Assembly: GCA_041605395.1 (NCBI GenBank)
Contig: JBFIYM010000001.1
Coordinates: 1-63,532, forward strand
Direction of reading: 5' to 3'
DNA length: 63,532 nt
Source: Myxococcota bacterium
GTDB taxonomy: Bacteria > Myxococcota_A > UBA9160 > UBA6930
The position numbers and the translations under genes were made by a program. The notes beneath the pieces were generated by a model. The model saw only the letters and a program-made list of their open reading frames with translations, searched no databases and was not told where the DNA came from. This document shows positions 1 through 10,132 of this stretch, in pieces. Within the stretch, counting starts at the first letter, position 1; every line of letters starts with the position of its first letter.

Positions 1-243
1 GTCTACAGCGAGCTGCGCGGCGTGGTGCTCTACGGCAAGGCCGAGCTGGTGCGCGAGCAGGAGGGGGTGCTCGACATCCTCGCCCGCGTGACCGCGAAGA
101 GCGCGGGCGGGGCCGGCGCGGCGGCCGACCCGGAGCAGCTCCGGAAGGGCCTGATGGCGACGGTCCCGAAGCGCACCGGCATCCGCATCCGGCCCGAGAG
201 GATCGTCTCGTGGGACCACCGGAAGCTCGGCGGCGTGTACTGA
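1..243 (+). CDS. PPOX-class (pyridoxamine 5'-phosphate oxidase / F420-dependent) family protein, C-terminal fragment; 5' end lies outside the window
   Basis: Frame 1 is open from base 1 (VYSELRGVVLYGKAELV...). The C-terminal IRIRPERIVSWDHRKLGG motif is typical of PPOX-class oxidoreductases. GC3-rich codon usage. Confidence 0.6.
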   Translation, partial: VYSELRGVVLYGKAELVREQEGVLDILARVTAKSAGGAGAAADPEQLRKGLMATVPKRTGIRIRPERIVSWDHRKLGGVY

Positions 244-247
244 GCCG

Positions 248-721
248 TTGCGCATGACGAGCGGCCTCCCGAGCGAGAGCTACCCCTCGAAGCGCGACGC
301 CTGGCTGGTGGTCGTGATCTGGGGGGCCGCGCTGGTGGACTTCGGCGTCTCCGCCTGGCTGCTGCTGGCGCTCGCAGGCCCGACCCTGTGGATCGTGCCG
401 ATCCTGCTCGTGGCCGGCGTCTTCTCGCTGCACGTGCTCTACACCACGGGGTACACGTTCGACGGGGACGTGCTTCGCGTCCGCGCATCGCTCTTCCGCT
501 GGAGCGTCCCGCTGGCCGAGATCGACGCCGTCGAGCCCACCACGAACCCGCTGTCGAGCCCCGCCTGCTCGCTCGACCGCCTGCTGATCCGCTACGGCGA
601 GAAGCGCATCATGATCTCGCCCGAGGACAAGGCCGGCTTCCTGCACACGCTCTCCACACGCGCGCCCCAGCTCGAGCGGCACGGCGATGGGGCCCGCCGT
701 CGGAGCGTCGCCCCCGCCTGA
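248..721 (+). CDS. Membrane protein with bacterial PH (bPH/YdbT-like) domain
   Basis: Two N-terminal TM helices are followed by YTFDGDVLRVRASLFRWSVPLAEIDAVEP...DRLLIRYG, which resembles bacterial PH domains. The start is TTG at 248 or ATG at 254. Confidence 0.6.
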   Translation: MRMTSGLPSESYPSKRDAWLVVVIWGAALVDFGVSAWLLLALAGPTLWIVPILLVAGVFSLHVLYTTGYTFDGDVLRVRASLFRWSVPLAEIDAVEPTTNPLSSPACSLDRLLIRYGEKRIMISPEDKAGFLHTLSTRAPQLERHGDGARRRSVAPA

Positions 722-736
722 CCTAGACTGGGGCCG

Positions 737-2365
737 ATGCTTCCCAGCCAGCGCGCGCGGCTCGACTCCCCGCATCGGAGCGAACGCTCCTGCGTGTTGG
801 CCCGCCGCGGCATGGTGGCGACGAGCGTGCCGATCGCGAGCGCCGCGGGCGTCGAGATGCTCGGGCGCGGCGGAAACGCGATCGACGCCGCGGTGGCGGC
901 GGCCGCCGTGCTCTCGGTGGTGGAGCCGATGCAGACCGGAATCGGCGGGGACGCCTTCGCCCTGTTCTGGTCGGCTCGAGAGCGCCGTCTGGTGGGACTG
1001 AACGGAAGCGGTCGGGCCCCGGCGAGTGCCACGATCGACCACTACCGCGAGCGCGGCCTCGAACGGATCGAGCCGCAAGGCATCCTGGCCGTCACGGTGC
1101 CGGGCGCGGTCCACGCCTGGGAGACGCTGCGGGAGCGCTACGGCACGCTCGACCTCGCCACGCTGCTCGCGCCCGCGATCCGCGCGGCGGAGGAGGGCTT
1201 CGCGGTCACCGAGCTGGTGGCCCACTTCTGGTGGGGGCTCCACCGCATGGGCGCGCTCCGGAACCGGGCGGCGCTCGAGACCTTCGCGCCCGGGGGCGAG
1301 ACGCCCGCCGCCGGGGCCGGGTTCACGAACCCGCGCCTCGCCAGCAGCCTGCGCGCGATCGCCAAGGGGGGCGCCGACGCCTTCTACCGCGGCGAGCTCG
1401 CGGAGCAGCTCGTCGCGACCTCGCACGCCGAGGGCGGCTGCCTCGAGCGGGACGACCTCGCGGCCCACCGCTCCACCTGGGTGGAGCCCGTCACCGCGCG
1501 TTACCGCGACGTCACCGTCGCGGAGCTGCCGCCGAACGGGCAGGGGGTGACGGCCCTCCTGGCGCTGAACGTGCTCGGCTGCTTCGAGCCGGCGCCCGTC
1601 GACTCCGCGCTCGCGTGGCACCGACGCATCGAGGCCGTGAAGCTCGCCATGGCGGACCGCGACGCGCATCTCGGCGACCCGGAGCACGTCGCCGTGCCCG
1701 TCGAGGCGCTGCTCTCCGCCGGCCATGCCCGCGAGCGCGCCGCGCAGATCGGCGAACGCGCGCTCGCCGCGCCGGCCGCGGGGTCGGGCCTGGGCGACAC
1801 CACCTATCTCTGCACGGCCGACGCGGAGGGGAACCAGGTCTCGTTCATCCAGAGCCTCTTCACGGGCTTCGGCTCCGGCATCGGCTGCGGGGACACGGGG
1901 ATCCTCCTGCAATCGCGCGGCGCCGGCTTCCGCCTCGACCCGCGCCACCCGAGCGCGCTGGCGCCGGGCAAGCGGCCCTTCCACACGCTGATGCCGGGCT
2001 TCCTGCTGCGCGGCGCCGAGCCGTGGATGGCGTTCGGCATCATGGGCGGCGACGTGCAGGCGCAGGCGCACACGGCCTTCGTCTCCTACCTCGTCGACGG
2101 CGGCCTGAATCCGCAGGAGGCGCTCGATGCGCCGCGCTTCCGCTGGCAGGCGGGTGCGCGGGTGGTGGTCGAGCGACCGGAGCGCGCCCTCGAGGAAGGC
2201 GGCACGCTCGGCGACGCGCTCGCGGCGCGGGGGCACGAGGTCGTGCCCCCGCCGCCGCTGGCCGCCGACGTGCTCGGCGGGGGCCAGGCGATCGCGCGCG
2301 AGGACGACTGCTGGGTGGGTGCCAGCGACCGACGCAAGGACGGTTGCGCGCTCGGGGTGTTCTAG
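737..2365 (+). CDS. ggt: Gamma-glutamyltransferase
   Basis: 542 aa. Motifs GGNAIDAAVA, PMQTGIGGDAF and the autoprocessing-site-like GDTTYLCTAD, plus MPGFLL and GGDVQAQ, are typical of the GGT family. No obvious signal peptide. Confidence 0.9.
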   Translation: MLPSQRARLDSPHRSERSCVLARRGMVATSVPIASAAGVEMLGRGGNAIDAAVAAAAVLSVVEPMQTGIGGDAFALFWSARERRLVGLNGSGRAPASATIDHYRERGLERIEPQGILAVTVPGAVHAWETLRERYGTLDLATLLAPAIRAAEEGFAVTELVAHFWWGLHRMGALRNRAALETFAPGGETPAAGAGFTNPRLASSLRAIAKGGADAFYRGELAEQLVATSHAEGGCLERDDLAAHRSTWVEPVTARYRDVTVAELPPNGQGVTALLALNVLGCFEPAPVDSALAWHRRIEAVKLAMADRDAHLGDPEHVAVPVEALLSAGHARERAAQIGERALAAPAAGSGLGDTTYLCTADAEGNQVSFIQSLFTGFGSGIGCGDTGILLQSRGAGFRLDPRHPSALAPGKRPFHTLMPGFLLRGAEPWMAFGIMGGDVQAQAHTAFVSYLVDGGLNPQEALDAPRFRWQAGARVVVERPERALEEGGTLGDALAARGHEVVPPPPLAADVLGGGQAIAREDDCWVGASDRRKDGCALGVF

Positions 2366-2378
2366 CCTGTTTTGGGAT

Positions 2379-2423
2379 GGGCCTTCGGCCCGGTTGGATG
2401 AACGCTCGCGGCCTTTGGCCGCG
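2379..2423. terminator. Two GC hairpins between convergent ggt and crotonase genes (candidate bidirectional terminator)
   Basis: gggcc-ttc-ggccc at 2379-2391 (5-bp stem). cgcggcc-ttt-ggccgcg at 2407-2423 (7-bp stem). There is a T-run (tgtttt) just upstream, but no strong U-tract after the second hairpin. Confidence 0.4.
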
Positions 2424-2427
2424 GCTC

Positions 2428-3237
2428 TTACTCGCTGGTCGGTCCCTCGAAGCGGGGCGTGCGCTTCTCCTGGTGCGATGCGAGCCCCTCCCGAACGTCC
2501 GGCCCCGAGAGGCCGTAGAACTCGAGCGCCAGGGAGGCCTCGAAGGTCGGCGCCATCGCCCGGTACCAGTAGTTCAGCGTGTGCTTGGTCCAGCGGATCG
2601 CACTCTGGGCCCCGGTCGCGAGGCTCTGCGCCACGGCGAGCGCCCGCGCCTCGAGCTCCTCGTTCGAGTCGACCACGAGCGAGATCAGCCCGATCCGCTC
2701 GGCCTCCTCCCCGGAGAGCGTCTCGCAGGTGAGCAGGTAGTACTTGGCCTTGGCCATGCCGCAGAGCAGCGGCCAGCAGATCGCGGCGTGATCGCCGGCC
2801 GCGATCCCGAGCCGCGTGTGTCCGTCGATGATGCGCGCGTTCCGGGTCGCGATCGAGACGTCGGCCAACAGGCCACACACGAGGCCCGCGCCGACGGCGG
2901 GCCCGTGCATGGCCGAGACGATCGGCTTCGAGCAGTCGATGACGTTCTTCACGATGTCGCGCGCCTCGCGCAGCACGCGGGTGCGCAGGGCATAGTCCCC
3001 GAGCATGCCGTCGATCAGCTCGAAGCTGCCGCCCGCGGAAAAGGCCTTGCCCGCGCCGCACAGGATCGCGACCCGCGTCTCGGGGTCGCGGTCGACCGCG
3101 AGCCAGACGTCGGCGAGGTCTCGGTGCATCCGCGGCCCGACGGCGTTCAGGCCCGGCGCATCGAGCACGATGCGCAGGATGCCCGCATCGGGCCGCTCGA
3201 AGCGGAGGCTCGGGAAATCGGCGTAGGGATCGCTCAT
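2428..3237 (-). CDS. Enoyl-CoA hydratase/isomerase (crotonase) family protein
   Basis: 269 aa. [10 protein letters not shown] oxyanion-hole motif and crotonase fold pattern. ATG at 3237 is preceded by a GGAAGGA Shine-Dalgarno sequence. Confidence 0.9.
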   Translation of the reverse strand: MSDPYADFPSLRFERPDAGILRIVLDAPGLNAVGPRMHRDLADVWLAVDRDPETRVAILCGAGKAFSAGGSFELIDGMLGDYALRTRVLREARDIVKNVIDCSKPIVSAMHGPAVGAGLVCGLLADVSIATRNARIIDGHTRLGIAAGDHAAICWPLLCGMAKAKYYLLTCETLSGEEAERIGLISLVVDSNEELEARALAVAQSLATGAQSAIRWTKHTLNYWYRAMAPTFEASLALEFYGLSGPDVREGLASHQEKRTPRFEGPTSE

Positions 3238-3265
3238 GGTTTCGTTCCTTCCGGCGGGCTCCCGC

Positions 3266-4009
3266 TCAGGCCATGGTGAGGCCGCCGCTCACCGAGAGCG
3301 TCTGCCCCGTGATGTAGGCGGCGTCGTCGCTCGCCAGGAACGCGACGGCGGCCGCCACGTCCTCGGGCCGACCCAGACGGCGCAGGGGAATCGCGCGCGC
3401 GAGCGACGCGTGGAGCTTCTCGTCGTACTCGCGCACCTGCTCGAGGAGCGCCGTGTCGGTGGGCCCGGGGCAGACGCAGTTCACCGTGATGCCGTGCCGA
3501 GCCACCTCCCGGGCCAGCGCCTTGCTGAACGCGATCACGCCCCCCTTCGTTGCCGAGTAGGCGGCCTCGCCCGTCGAGCCGACGCGGCCGGCATCGGAGC
3601 CGATGTTCACGATCCGGCCGCGCTCGCGGGCGATCATGCCGTCGAGGACCGCCCGCGTCGTCAGCAGCGTGCCCTTCAGGTTCACGGCCCAGAGCCTCTC
3701 CCAGACGGACTCGTCGGTCTCCACGAAGGGCGCGATCACGTCGACCCCGGCGTTGTTGACGAGCACGTCGAGCGGGCCGAGCCGCGCCTCGGCCTCCGCC
3801 ACACCGCCGCGGACGGAGCGGGCATTGGAGACGTCCATCACGGTCGCGAGGCCGCGCTCGCCGAGCGCCTCCGCCGTCTCGCGAACGGTTCCCTCGGCGA
3901 CGTCCGCGAGCGCCACGCGGGCGCCGGCTGCCGCGAGGGCGCGTCCGATGCCCGCGCCGATCCCGCGCGCGGCGCCGGTCACGAGCGCCACCCGGCCCTC
4001 GAGCTTCAC
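3266..4009 (-). CDS. SDR family oxidoreductase (3-oxoacyl-ACP reductase-like)
   Basis: [18 protein letters not shown] (TGxxxGxG), NNAG, and the S...YSATK catalytic triad. The GTG start at 4009 overlaps the upstream stop (GTGA). The longer 356-aa track ORF has an N-terminal extension that looks spurious. Confidence 0.9.
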   Translation of the reverse strand: MKLEGRVALVTGAARGIGAGIGRALAAAGARVALADVAEGTVRETAEALGERGLATVMDVSNARSVRGGVAEAEARLGPLDVLVNNAGVDVIAPFVETDESVWERLWAVNLKGTLLTTRAVLDGMIARERGRIVNIGSDAGRVGSTGEAAYSATKGGVIAFSKALAREVARHGITVNCVCPGPTDTALLEQVREYDEKLHASLARAIPLRRLGRPEDVAAAVAFLASDDAAYITGQTLSVSGGLTMA

Positions 4010-6288
4010 TCGTCCACGGCCTCGCCAGGGGCCCCCGGGGCGGCGGGCGGGGTCTGCCAGTCCACGTAGATCGGCGAGGACCAGGCGCGCTCCTCGGTCT
4101 CCGCCAGACAGGTGTCGGAGGCCGGGGTCCGCCAGTCGCCCCAGCAGGGGTTCATCGAGACGCAGTTGCCCTCGGTGTCGTAGGTGCAGCGCAGGTTCGC
4201 GGCGTTCACCGCGAGGCTCTCCTCCTCGATGGCGCGGGCGTAGTAGACGGTGTCCCGCGCCACGATCCCGAAGTCGGGGTCCTCGAAGCGCACCCGGCAG
4301 CCCTCCCGGTTCGGCAGGCAGTGGAACGTCTTCCACGGGTCCTCGATCAGCGTGTCGATCGGCTCGCCCGGGCGCACCTGGGGCCGGATGCGCACGATCT
4401 CGATGCGCGTGATCAGACGGCGTCGGTCACTCGGGTGGTAGCACTCGCCCTTGCACACGGACTCGAGCCGTTCCGGCGTGAGGGCGTTGCTGCTAAACTC
4501 GGGGCAGCCGGGCTTCTGCTCGAACGAGCCCACCGCCCGCACCTCGAACTCCGGCGCCCCGCTCATGGCGACCTCGGAGCCCATCGGCAGCGCGGCGTCG
4601 GCGCCCGGCGGGTTCACGAGATCGAACCAGAGCAGGATGCGCGGCCCGCTGGTGCCGTAGGTCTCCTTGCGCTGGAGCGCGTTCCAGATCCCATCGCGGC
4701 TGCGGGCGTCGGCGTGAACGGCCACCAGCCCCCCGGTGAGCCAGAAGGAGTTCTGGCGCTCCGTCTCCGCGATGCGGAAGGCGCCGAGACCCTGGACGCT
4801 CCCGCGGTCGAAAGGCCGCGGCTCGGGCGTCCTGGCCTCCGGCTCCCCCGCCAGTCGTCGCGCCTCTTCCGGCGTCCGCGCCCCGCGCTGCTCGGTCATC
4901 GCCGTGCGCTCGTACTCCTTGTAGCCGGTCCCGGGGCGCGCGCTGTGGACGTCGCTCGAAGCGATGAAGCCGAAGCGGAAGCGCTCGGGGCCCCCGTCCT
5001 CCTCGAAGTTCGAGAGCGCGGCCACGTATTGCGCCGAGTTCCTCGGCCGGTAGTTGAAGGCGGGCTGGAAGCAGTCGCGGCACTGCCCGGCGTCGAGCCA
5101 GTCGGCCCCCGTATCGCCCGGGACCACCATGCGCCCGGCCTGGCCCGCCTCGACGTGGAGCTCGCGGGCACGGCTCGCCAGCGTGTCGCACTCGCCCGCG
5201 GCGCGCCCCGCGCTCACGCAGCGCTGACGGATGATCTCGCCCGCGCGCCAGCAGGAGGGCAGGTAGGTCGGGCTCGGCTCGGGACAGCGCAGCGTCCCGT
5301 CGGGCTCCGCCGCGACCGGCGTCCAGGCACGGTACTCCTCGGAGTTGCCGTGGCCCGAGAACACCTCGATCAGGGTCTGCCGCGCGGGGTCGTGGTGGGC
5401 GGCCGTGAGCTGCTTGTCCCAGGACGAGTCGGGCGGCGTGTAGAAGCCCCAGGTCGTGCCGTGCGGGATCACCACGCTCTCGTGGCCCCACTGCGCCAGC
5501 TTCTCGAAGAGCTCACCGGGAGTCTCGGCGCTCTCGACGCAGTCGAGGGGAAGGGCCTTGGTGTCGACGCCCTCGGGGCACGGGGTCGCCGAGGCGATCT
5601 CGCGCGCGAAGGCGTCGAAGTCGAAGTAGCGCTGCCGGTTCTCGAAGTCGTAGAGGGCAAGACCGAGTCGGATCTCCAGCGGCACGCTGCCCAGGACGGC
5701 CTTGCTGAAGCCCCCGCTGTCGATCGGGCGGGCCGGAACGGCGTCGTCCTCGAGATCGCGCAGCACGACGTTCTTGTGGCCGTAGTGCGCGTCGGCCGTC
5801 TGGCCGACCTGGGTCCACTCCCAGCCGAGGAAGGCGAACACGTCCGGGTCGCCTTCCGTGCCCGAGACGGCGTTGCACTCCCGGATGCTCTGCTTCGTCT
5901 CCTGCCACTTGCGCGGGGTCAGCGCCTCGGCGTGGTCGTTGATCGACCAGAAGTCGAGCGCGGAGCAGAAGCGCGCGAAGTCGCAGGCGTCGGCGAGCGG
6001 GTGCAGGCCCCGGCCGCCGTTGATCGGCAGCGACCACAGGAACGCGTCCGTCGAGTAGGTCGTGTGGACGTGGAGGTCGCCGAACAGGATCAGCTTCCCG
6101 CTCCCACCGATCGCCTCGGCGGCCTGCGCCGCGGCACGCTGGCGGCCGGCCACCACCTCCGCGGGGAGGGTCGCCTGCGTCACCTCGCCGGGGCCGTGGA
6201 GCTTGCCGTACCCGCCGAGCACGGCGCCGGCGACGTAGCCGGCGGCCACGATCACGATGGCACCCAGGAGCAGGAGAATCGCGCGCAT
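4006..6288 (-). CDS. DUF3604 domain-containing protein (PHP-like metal-dependent hydrolase fold), N-terminal signal/anchor
   Basis: Starts at MRAILLLLGAIVIVAAG (ATG 6288). The GDLHVHTTYSTDAF motif and length are typical of DUF3604. The 110 aa upstream in the track ORF are Arg/Ser-rich junk. Confidence 0.75.
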   Translation of the reverse strand: MRAILLLLGAIVIVAAGYVAGAVLGGYGKLHGPGEVTQATLPAEVVAGRQRAAAQAAEAIGGSGKLILFGDLHVHTTYSTDAFLWSLPINGGRGLHPLADACDFARFCSALDFWSINDHAEALTPRKWQETKQSIRECNAVSGTEGDPDVFAFLGWEWTQVGQTADAHYGHKNVVLRDLEDDAVPARPIDSGGFSKAVLGSVPLEIRLGLALYDFENRQRYFDFDAFAREIASATPCPEGVDTKALPLDCVESAETPGELFEKLAQWGHESVVIPHGTTWGFYTPPDSSWDKQLTAAHHDPARQTLIEVFSGHGNSEEYRAWTPVAAEPDGTLRCPEPSPTYLPSCWRAGEIIRQRCVSAGRAAGECDTLASRARELHVEAGQAGRMVVPGDTGADWLDAGQCRDCFQPAFNYRPRNSAQYVAALSNFEEDGGPERFRFGFIASSDVHSARPGTGYKEYERTAMTEQRGARTPEEARRLAGEPEARTPEPRPFDRGSVQGLGAFRIAETERQNSFWLTGGLVAVHADARSRDGIWNALQRKETYGTSGPRILLWFDLVNPPGADAALPMGSEVAMSGAPEFEVRAVGSFEQKPGCPEFSSNALTPERLESVCKGECYHPSDRRRLITRIEIVRIRPQVRPGEPIDTLIEDPWKTFHCLPNREGCRVRFEDPDFGIVARDTVYYARAIEEESLAVNAANLRCTYDTEGNCVSMNPCWGDWRTPASDTCLAETEERAWSSPIYVDWQTPPAAPGAPGEAVDE

Positions 6289-6302
6289 CCGAGCCCTCCG
6301 AC

Positions 6303-6368
6303 GCGCGCCATGGTACGCCGCGCGGCGCGCCATGCTACGGCGCGCCGGGCGCCATGCCACGCTGCCGC
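6303..6368. repeat. Three head-to-tail 22-bp direct repeats in the DUF3604 upstream region
   Basis: Units are gcgcgccatggtacgccgcgcg / gcgcgccatgctacggcgcgcc / gggcgccatgccacgctgccgc. The core GCGCCATGNNACG starts at 6305, 6327 and 6349, exactly 22 bp apart. Confidence 0.7.
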
Positions 6369-6385
6369 GGGGTGCGGGGCGGTAC

Positions 6386-6997
6386 TCAGTCGGCGATGGA
6401 GACCACGTCGAGCGTGAGGGGGCCGTGCGCGCCGTAGACCAGCGTCTGCTCGATGTCCGCGGTCTTGGAAGGCCCACTGATCCAGGTGACGTGGTGTCCT
6501 CGCCATGCCGCCTCCGGGAGCGCCTCCCACGCCGAGTGCAGGTCGGCGTGGAGCGCACGCTCTGGGAGCAGCAGCACCAGGTGCTGACAGAGGAACGGAA
6601 GCGCGCGGTGCGGCGCATCGCGTTCGATCACGGCGACCGCGCCGCAGTCGGCGGCCGCGGCGCGACCGCGGACGACGGCCACGGCCACATCGGCGAAGGC
6701 GTGGCCGAGCGCCGGCTCGCTCGCGACCTGCCAGGGGCCGCTGCCCGCGAGCTCGGCAGCGCTGGCTTCGGCGACGACGCGGCCGCCCTCGGCACGACGG
6801 CGCACCAGCTCGCCGAGGCGCACACTCAGCGCCTGTGGCGCATACGGTCCGTGCGCTTCGCCGCCCACTCCGGCCAGGCCTGCCGCGAACGTCTCCCAGC
6901 CGCCCGCGAGCGCCGGGGGCCGATAGCGATCCGGCGCCGGCGCCCGATGCCGCGCCGCGCGACGCACGCGCTCGAGGATGGCGTCGCGATCAGACAC
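6386..6997 (-). CDS. lutC: LutC/YkgG family (LUD domain) lactate utilisation protein C
   Basis: Positioned after lutA-lutB. The GTG start at 6997 overlaps the lutB end by 8 nt. LUD-type C-terminus TLVYGAHGPLTLDVV. Confidence 0.7.
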   Translation of the reverse strand: MSDRDAILERVRRAARHRAPAPDRYRPPALAGGWETFAAGLAGVGGEAHGPYAPQALSVRLGELVRRRAEGGRVVAEASAAELAGSGPWQVASEPALGHAFADVAVAVVRGRAAAADCGAVAVIERDAPHRALPFLCQHLVLLLPERALHADLHSAWEALPEAAWRGHHVTWISGPSKTADIEQTLVYGAHGPLTLDVVSIAD

Positions 6998-8393
6998 GGG
7001 GCGCTCGCGCGGTCGGCTGCGATGCCCCTCCCGGGGCCAGTCGTCGCCTCTTCCACTGGGCACGGAAGCTCTCGCGCGGCAGCGGCGGCAGCTCGCGCTC
7101 CTCGAGCCAGGGCGCCGCCGGGTTCCGGCGCTCGACGCGCGAGAGCAGTGGCCAGACGAGCCGCGCGGCCCTTCGTACCAGCGCGACGCGGGTGGGCGAG
7201 CGCATCAGCCAGGCGGCGTTCGCGACGAGGAGCCGTTGCCAGCGCGACGGCGTGGGCCGCGCGCTGCGCCAGGCGAGAAGCTGGCCGTGGAGATCGATCT
7301 TCACCGGGCACACGGCGCTGCAGCTCCCGCACAGGGACGAGGCGAAGGGCAGCTCGGCGCCGTCGGCACCCCCGACGCTCGGGCCGAGCACGCTCCCGAT
7401 CGGCCCGGGAATCACGGTGCCGTAGGCGTGACCGCCCGCGCGGCGGTACACCGGGCAGGTGTTGAGGCACGCGCCGCAGCGGATGCAGGCCAGGCTGCCG
7501 CGTTGGGCCGCGTCGGCCAGCAACGCGCTGCGACCGTTGTCGACCAGCACGAGATGCAGCTCTCCGCCCGGGCGCGGGCCCGTGATCACGCTCGTATAGG
7601 CGGAGAGGGGCTGCCCGGTGGCGCTTCGCGCCAACAGGCGCAGGAACACCGGGAGATCCGAGAGGGACGGGATCAGCTTCTCGATCCCGACGCAGGCCAC
7701 GTGGACGGGCGGCAGGCTGGTGCCCAGGTCGGCATTGCCCTCGTTCGTGACGATCACGATCCCGCCCGTGTCGGCGATCGCGAAGTTGGCGCCCGTGACG
7801 CCCGCGTCCGCCGCGAGGAAGCGGCGACGCAGGTCGGCGCGGGCCAGCCGGGTGAGGCGTTCGGGGTCGTCCTCCCCCTCGGGCGTGCCCATCGTGCGAT
7901 GGAAGAGCGTACCGATCTCGCGCCGCGTCTTGTGGATGGCGGGGACGATCAGGTGGGAGGGCGGCTCGCCCGCGAGCTGGACGATGCGCTCGCCGAGGTC
8001 CGTATCGACCACCTCGAAGCCGCGGGCTTCCAGATGCCGATTCAGGCCACACTCCTCGGTGAGCATGGACTTGCTCTTGACGATGCGTCGGGCGCCGCGC
8101 GCGGCGAACAGCTCGCTGACGATGCGGCAGAGCGCGGTCGCGTCGCTGGCCCAGTGCACGTGCGCGCCCGCGGCCCGCGCGCGTTCCTCGAAGCGCAGCA
8201 GCAGCTCGTCGAGGTGATCGAGCGCAAAGGCCTTCACGGCGGCGGCTTGGTCGCGCAGCGCCTCCCAGTCCGGTACCTCCGCCACGGCGGCATCGCGCCT
8301 GCGACGGAGGTCCCAGACGGCGGCGTCGTGCTGGGCCAGCTCGCCGCGCGAGGGCAGGGTGGCGAGCGCCCGTCGGTCGAAGGAGGCCGTCAC
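6990..8393 (-). CDS. lutB: LutB/YkgF iron-sulfur lactate utilisation protein B
   Basis: Two ferredoxin-type Cys clusters (CIRCGACLNTCPVY and CGSCSAVCPV) and an LUD domain (KSKSMLTEE). The GTG start at 8393 overlaps the lutA stop (GTGA). Confidence 0.85.
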   Translation of the reverse strand: MTASFDRRALATLPSRGELAQHDAAVWDLRRRRDAAVAEVPDWEALRDQAAAVKAFALDHLDELLLRFEERARAAGAHVHWASDATALCRIVSELFAARGARRIVKSKSMLTEECGLNRHLEARGFEVVDTDLGERIVQLAGEPPSHLIVPAIHKTRREIGTLFHRTMGTPEGEDDPERLTRLARADLRRRFLAADAGVTGANFAIADTGGIVIVTNEGNADLGTSLPPVHVACVGIEKLIPSLSDLPVFLRLLARSATGQPLSAYTSVITGPRPGGELHLVLVDNGRSALLADAAQRGSLACIRCGACLNTCPVYRRAGGHAYGTVIPGPIGSVLGPSVGGADGAELPFASSLCGSCSAVCPVKIDLHGQLLAWRSARPTPSRWQRLLVANAAWLMRSPTRVALVRRAARLVWPLLSRVERRNPAAPWLEERELPPLPRESFRAQWKRRRLAPGGASQPTARAPRV

Positions 8394-9151
8394 GGACGCG
8401 CCCCGTTCGCGAGGATCTCCGCCAGGTGGATGGCGCGCGGCCCGAAGCCCTCGCGCCGGCGGATTCCGTCGAGGTGGAGCAGGCAGGAGACGTCGGTGCC
8501 GGTCACGTAGTCGGCGCCCGCCTCGTGAAACGCCCGGAGCCGCGCGCGTCCCATCCGTCCCGAGAGGGTGGGATGGGTGACCGAGAAGGCGCCGCCGAAA
8601 CCGCAGCACTCGTCGGGGCGCGCTGCGTCGATCCGTGTGAGGTCCTCGACCTCGTCGAGCAGGCGGTCGACGGGGCTCGGCCGCTCGGGCGCCGGGCCCC
8701 GCTCACTCGGCGTGCCGAGCCCGAGCTCGCGCAGGCCGTGGCAGCTCTGGAGCACGGCCACGCGGTACGGGAAGCGGGCGCCGAGCTTGGTCGTGCCGAG
8801 CCGGCCGACCAGGAACTCGCCCAGCTCGTAGGTGCGTTCGGTGCGCTCGTCGCCCGCGCCGCACACGTCGAGCCCCCCGTAGCGGTGGCGCACGGTCGCA
8901 ACGCAGCTCGCCGAAGGCGAGACCACGACCTCGGCCTCGGCGAAGCGGTCGAGATGCTTCTTCGCCATGCGGCGCGCCGCGTCGCGGGCACCGAGATTGA
9001 CCCAGGGCTGGCCGCAGCAGGTCTGCGCGGGGTCGTAGTGGACCCTGCAGCCGGCGCGCTCGAGAACGCACAGCGTGGCCCAGGCCACCTCGGGAGCGAG
9101 CTGGTCCACGTAGCAGGGCACGAAGAGCGCGACGTCGAGGCCAGCCGTCAT
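8390..9151 (-). CDS. lutA: LutA/YkgE (Fe-S oxidoreductase, CCG-domain) lactate utilisation protein A
   Basis: 253 aa. VALFVPCYVDQL, TCCGQP and ECCGFGG are the duplicated CCG motifs. Confidence 0.85.
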   Translation of the reverse strand: MTAGLDVALFVPCYVDQLAPEVAWATLCVLERAGCRVHYDPAQTCCGQPWVNLGARDAARRMAKKHLDRFAEAEVVVSPSASCVATVRHRYGGLDVCGAGDERTERTYELGEFLVGRLGTTKLGARFPYRVAVLQSCHGLRELGLGTPSERGPAPERPSPVDRLLDEVEDLTRIDAARPDECCGFGGAFSVTHPTLSGRMGRARLRAFHEAGADYVTGTDVSCLLHLDGIRRREGFGPRAIHLAEILANGARP

Positions 9152-9172
9152 GGGCCTAGGTTCGGCTCCGCG

Positions 9173-10093
9173 TCACGACGCCGTTCGCGTCGGGACGTCG
9201 GCGGTCGCTTCGAGGAGGGCGAGCGCCTCGGCCGGCGCGACCGCGTAGCGCTCACCGCAGAAGTCGCAGCGTACGTCGAGCGGCTCCTTCTCGCGGTGGG
9301 CGTGCTCGAGATCCTCGCGCCCGAGGAGGGCGCTGGCGTGGAGGGCGCGCAGGGGCGTGCAGCCGCAGTGGAAGGCGGGTACCCGCTCGTCGAGCCAGCG
9401 CACGCCCAGGCCGTCGAGCAGGCGTTCGACCAGGCCGCGCAGGGTGAGCCCGGAGCGCAGCAGCCGGGCCGGCCCGCGCAGGGCGCCAACGTTGCGCTCG
9501 GCCCGGATCACGCTGCCCTCCGCCGCCCCCGGCAGCGCCTGGAGCACGAAGCCGCAGGCGACCGCAGGCGCGTCGGGCGAGGCAGGGAGCAGTCCGAGAC
9601 CGACGGCCGACGGCGTCTGCTCGCTCTCGGTGAGATACAGGGTCAGGTCCTTGGCCACGGCGCCCGAGACGATGGGCACCACGCCCGTGTAGGGACGCGC
9701 GCGCCCGGGCCGGATCCGGGTCACGGCGAGCTCGCCGGCCCCGACGCCGCCGCGCAGGTCCGGCTCGCCGCTCGCGAGCGTCCGCTCTGCGCTCGGGTTC
9801 GCGACGCGCCCGCGTGCGCGGCCCTCTGCGTCGGCGATGGCGAGCACGCTCCCGAGCGGCCCGTCGCCCCGCAGCCTCAGCTGCACCGTCTCGCCGTCCT
9901 TCCCACCGGCGCCGAGCAGCACCGCGCCGAGCAGGGCGCGGCCGAGCGCCGCCGTCGCGAGCGGGCTCGTGCGCTGGCGCTCGCTGGCCTCGCGGACCAG
10001 GTCCGGCGCCGAGATGGCCCGCACGCCGATGCTGCCGTCGCTCGAGAGCGCCCGCAGCAGAAGGTCGCCCGGGGGGTCGCCAGCCGTCGGCAT
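9173..10093 (-). CDS. hslO: Hsp33 family redox-regulated chaperone
   Basis: 306 aa. C-terminal zinc switch FHCGC...CDFCG and a typical Hsp33 N-domain (LGRALLGAVLLG, LYLTESEQ). Confidence 0.9.
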   Translation of the reverse strand: MPTAGDPPGDLLLRALSSDGSIGVRAISAPDLVREASERQRTSPLATAALGRALLGAVLLGAGGKDGETVQLRLRGDGPLGSVLAIADAEGRARGRVANPSAERTLASGEPDLRGGVGAGELAVTRIRPGRARPYTGVVPIVSGAVAKDLTLYLTESEQTPSAVGLGLLPASPDAPAVACGFVLQALPGAAEGSVIRAERNVGALRGPARLLRSGLTLRGLVERLLDGLGVRWLDERVPAFHCGCTPLRALHASALLGREDLEHAHREKEPLDVRCDFCGERYAVAPAEALALLEATADVPTRTAS

Positions 10094-10132
10094 CCGCGCA
10101 AGGTAGCGGTCGGGGCGCTGGCGTCAGTGTGC

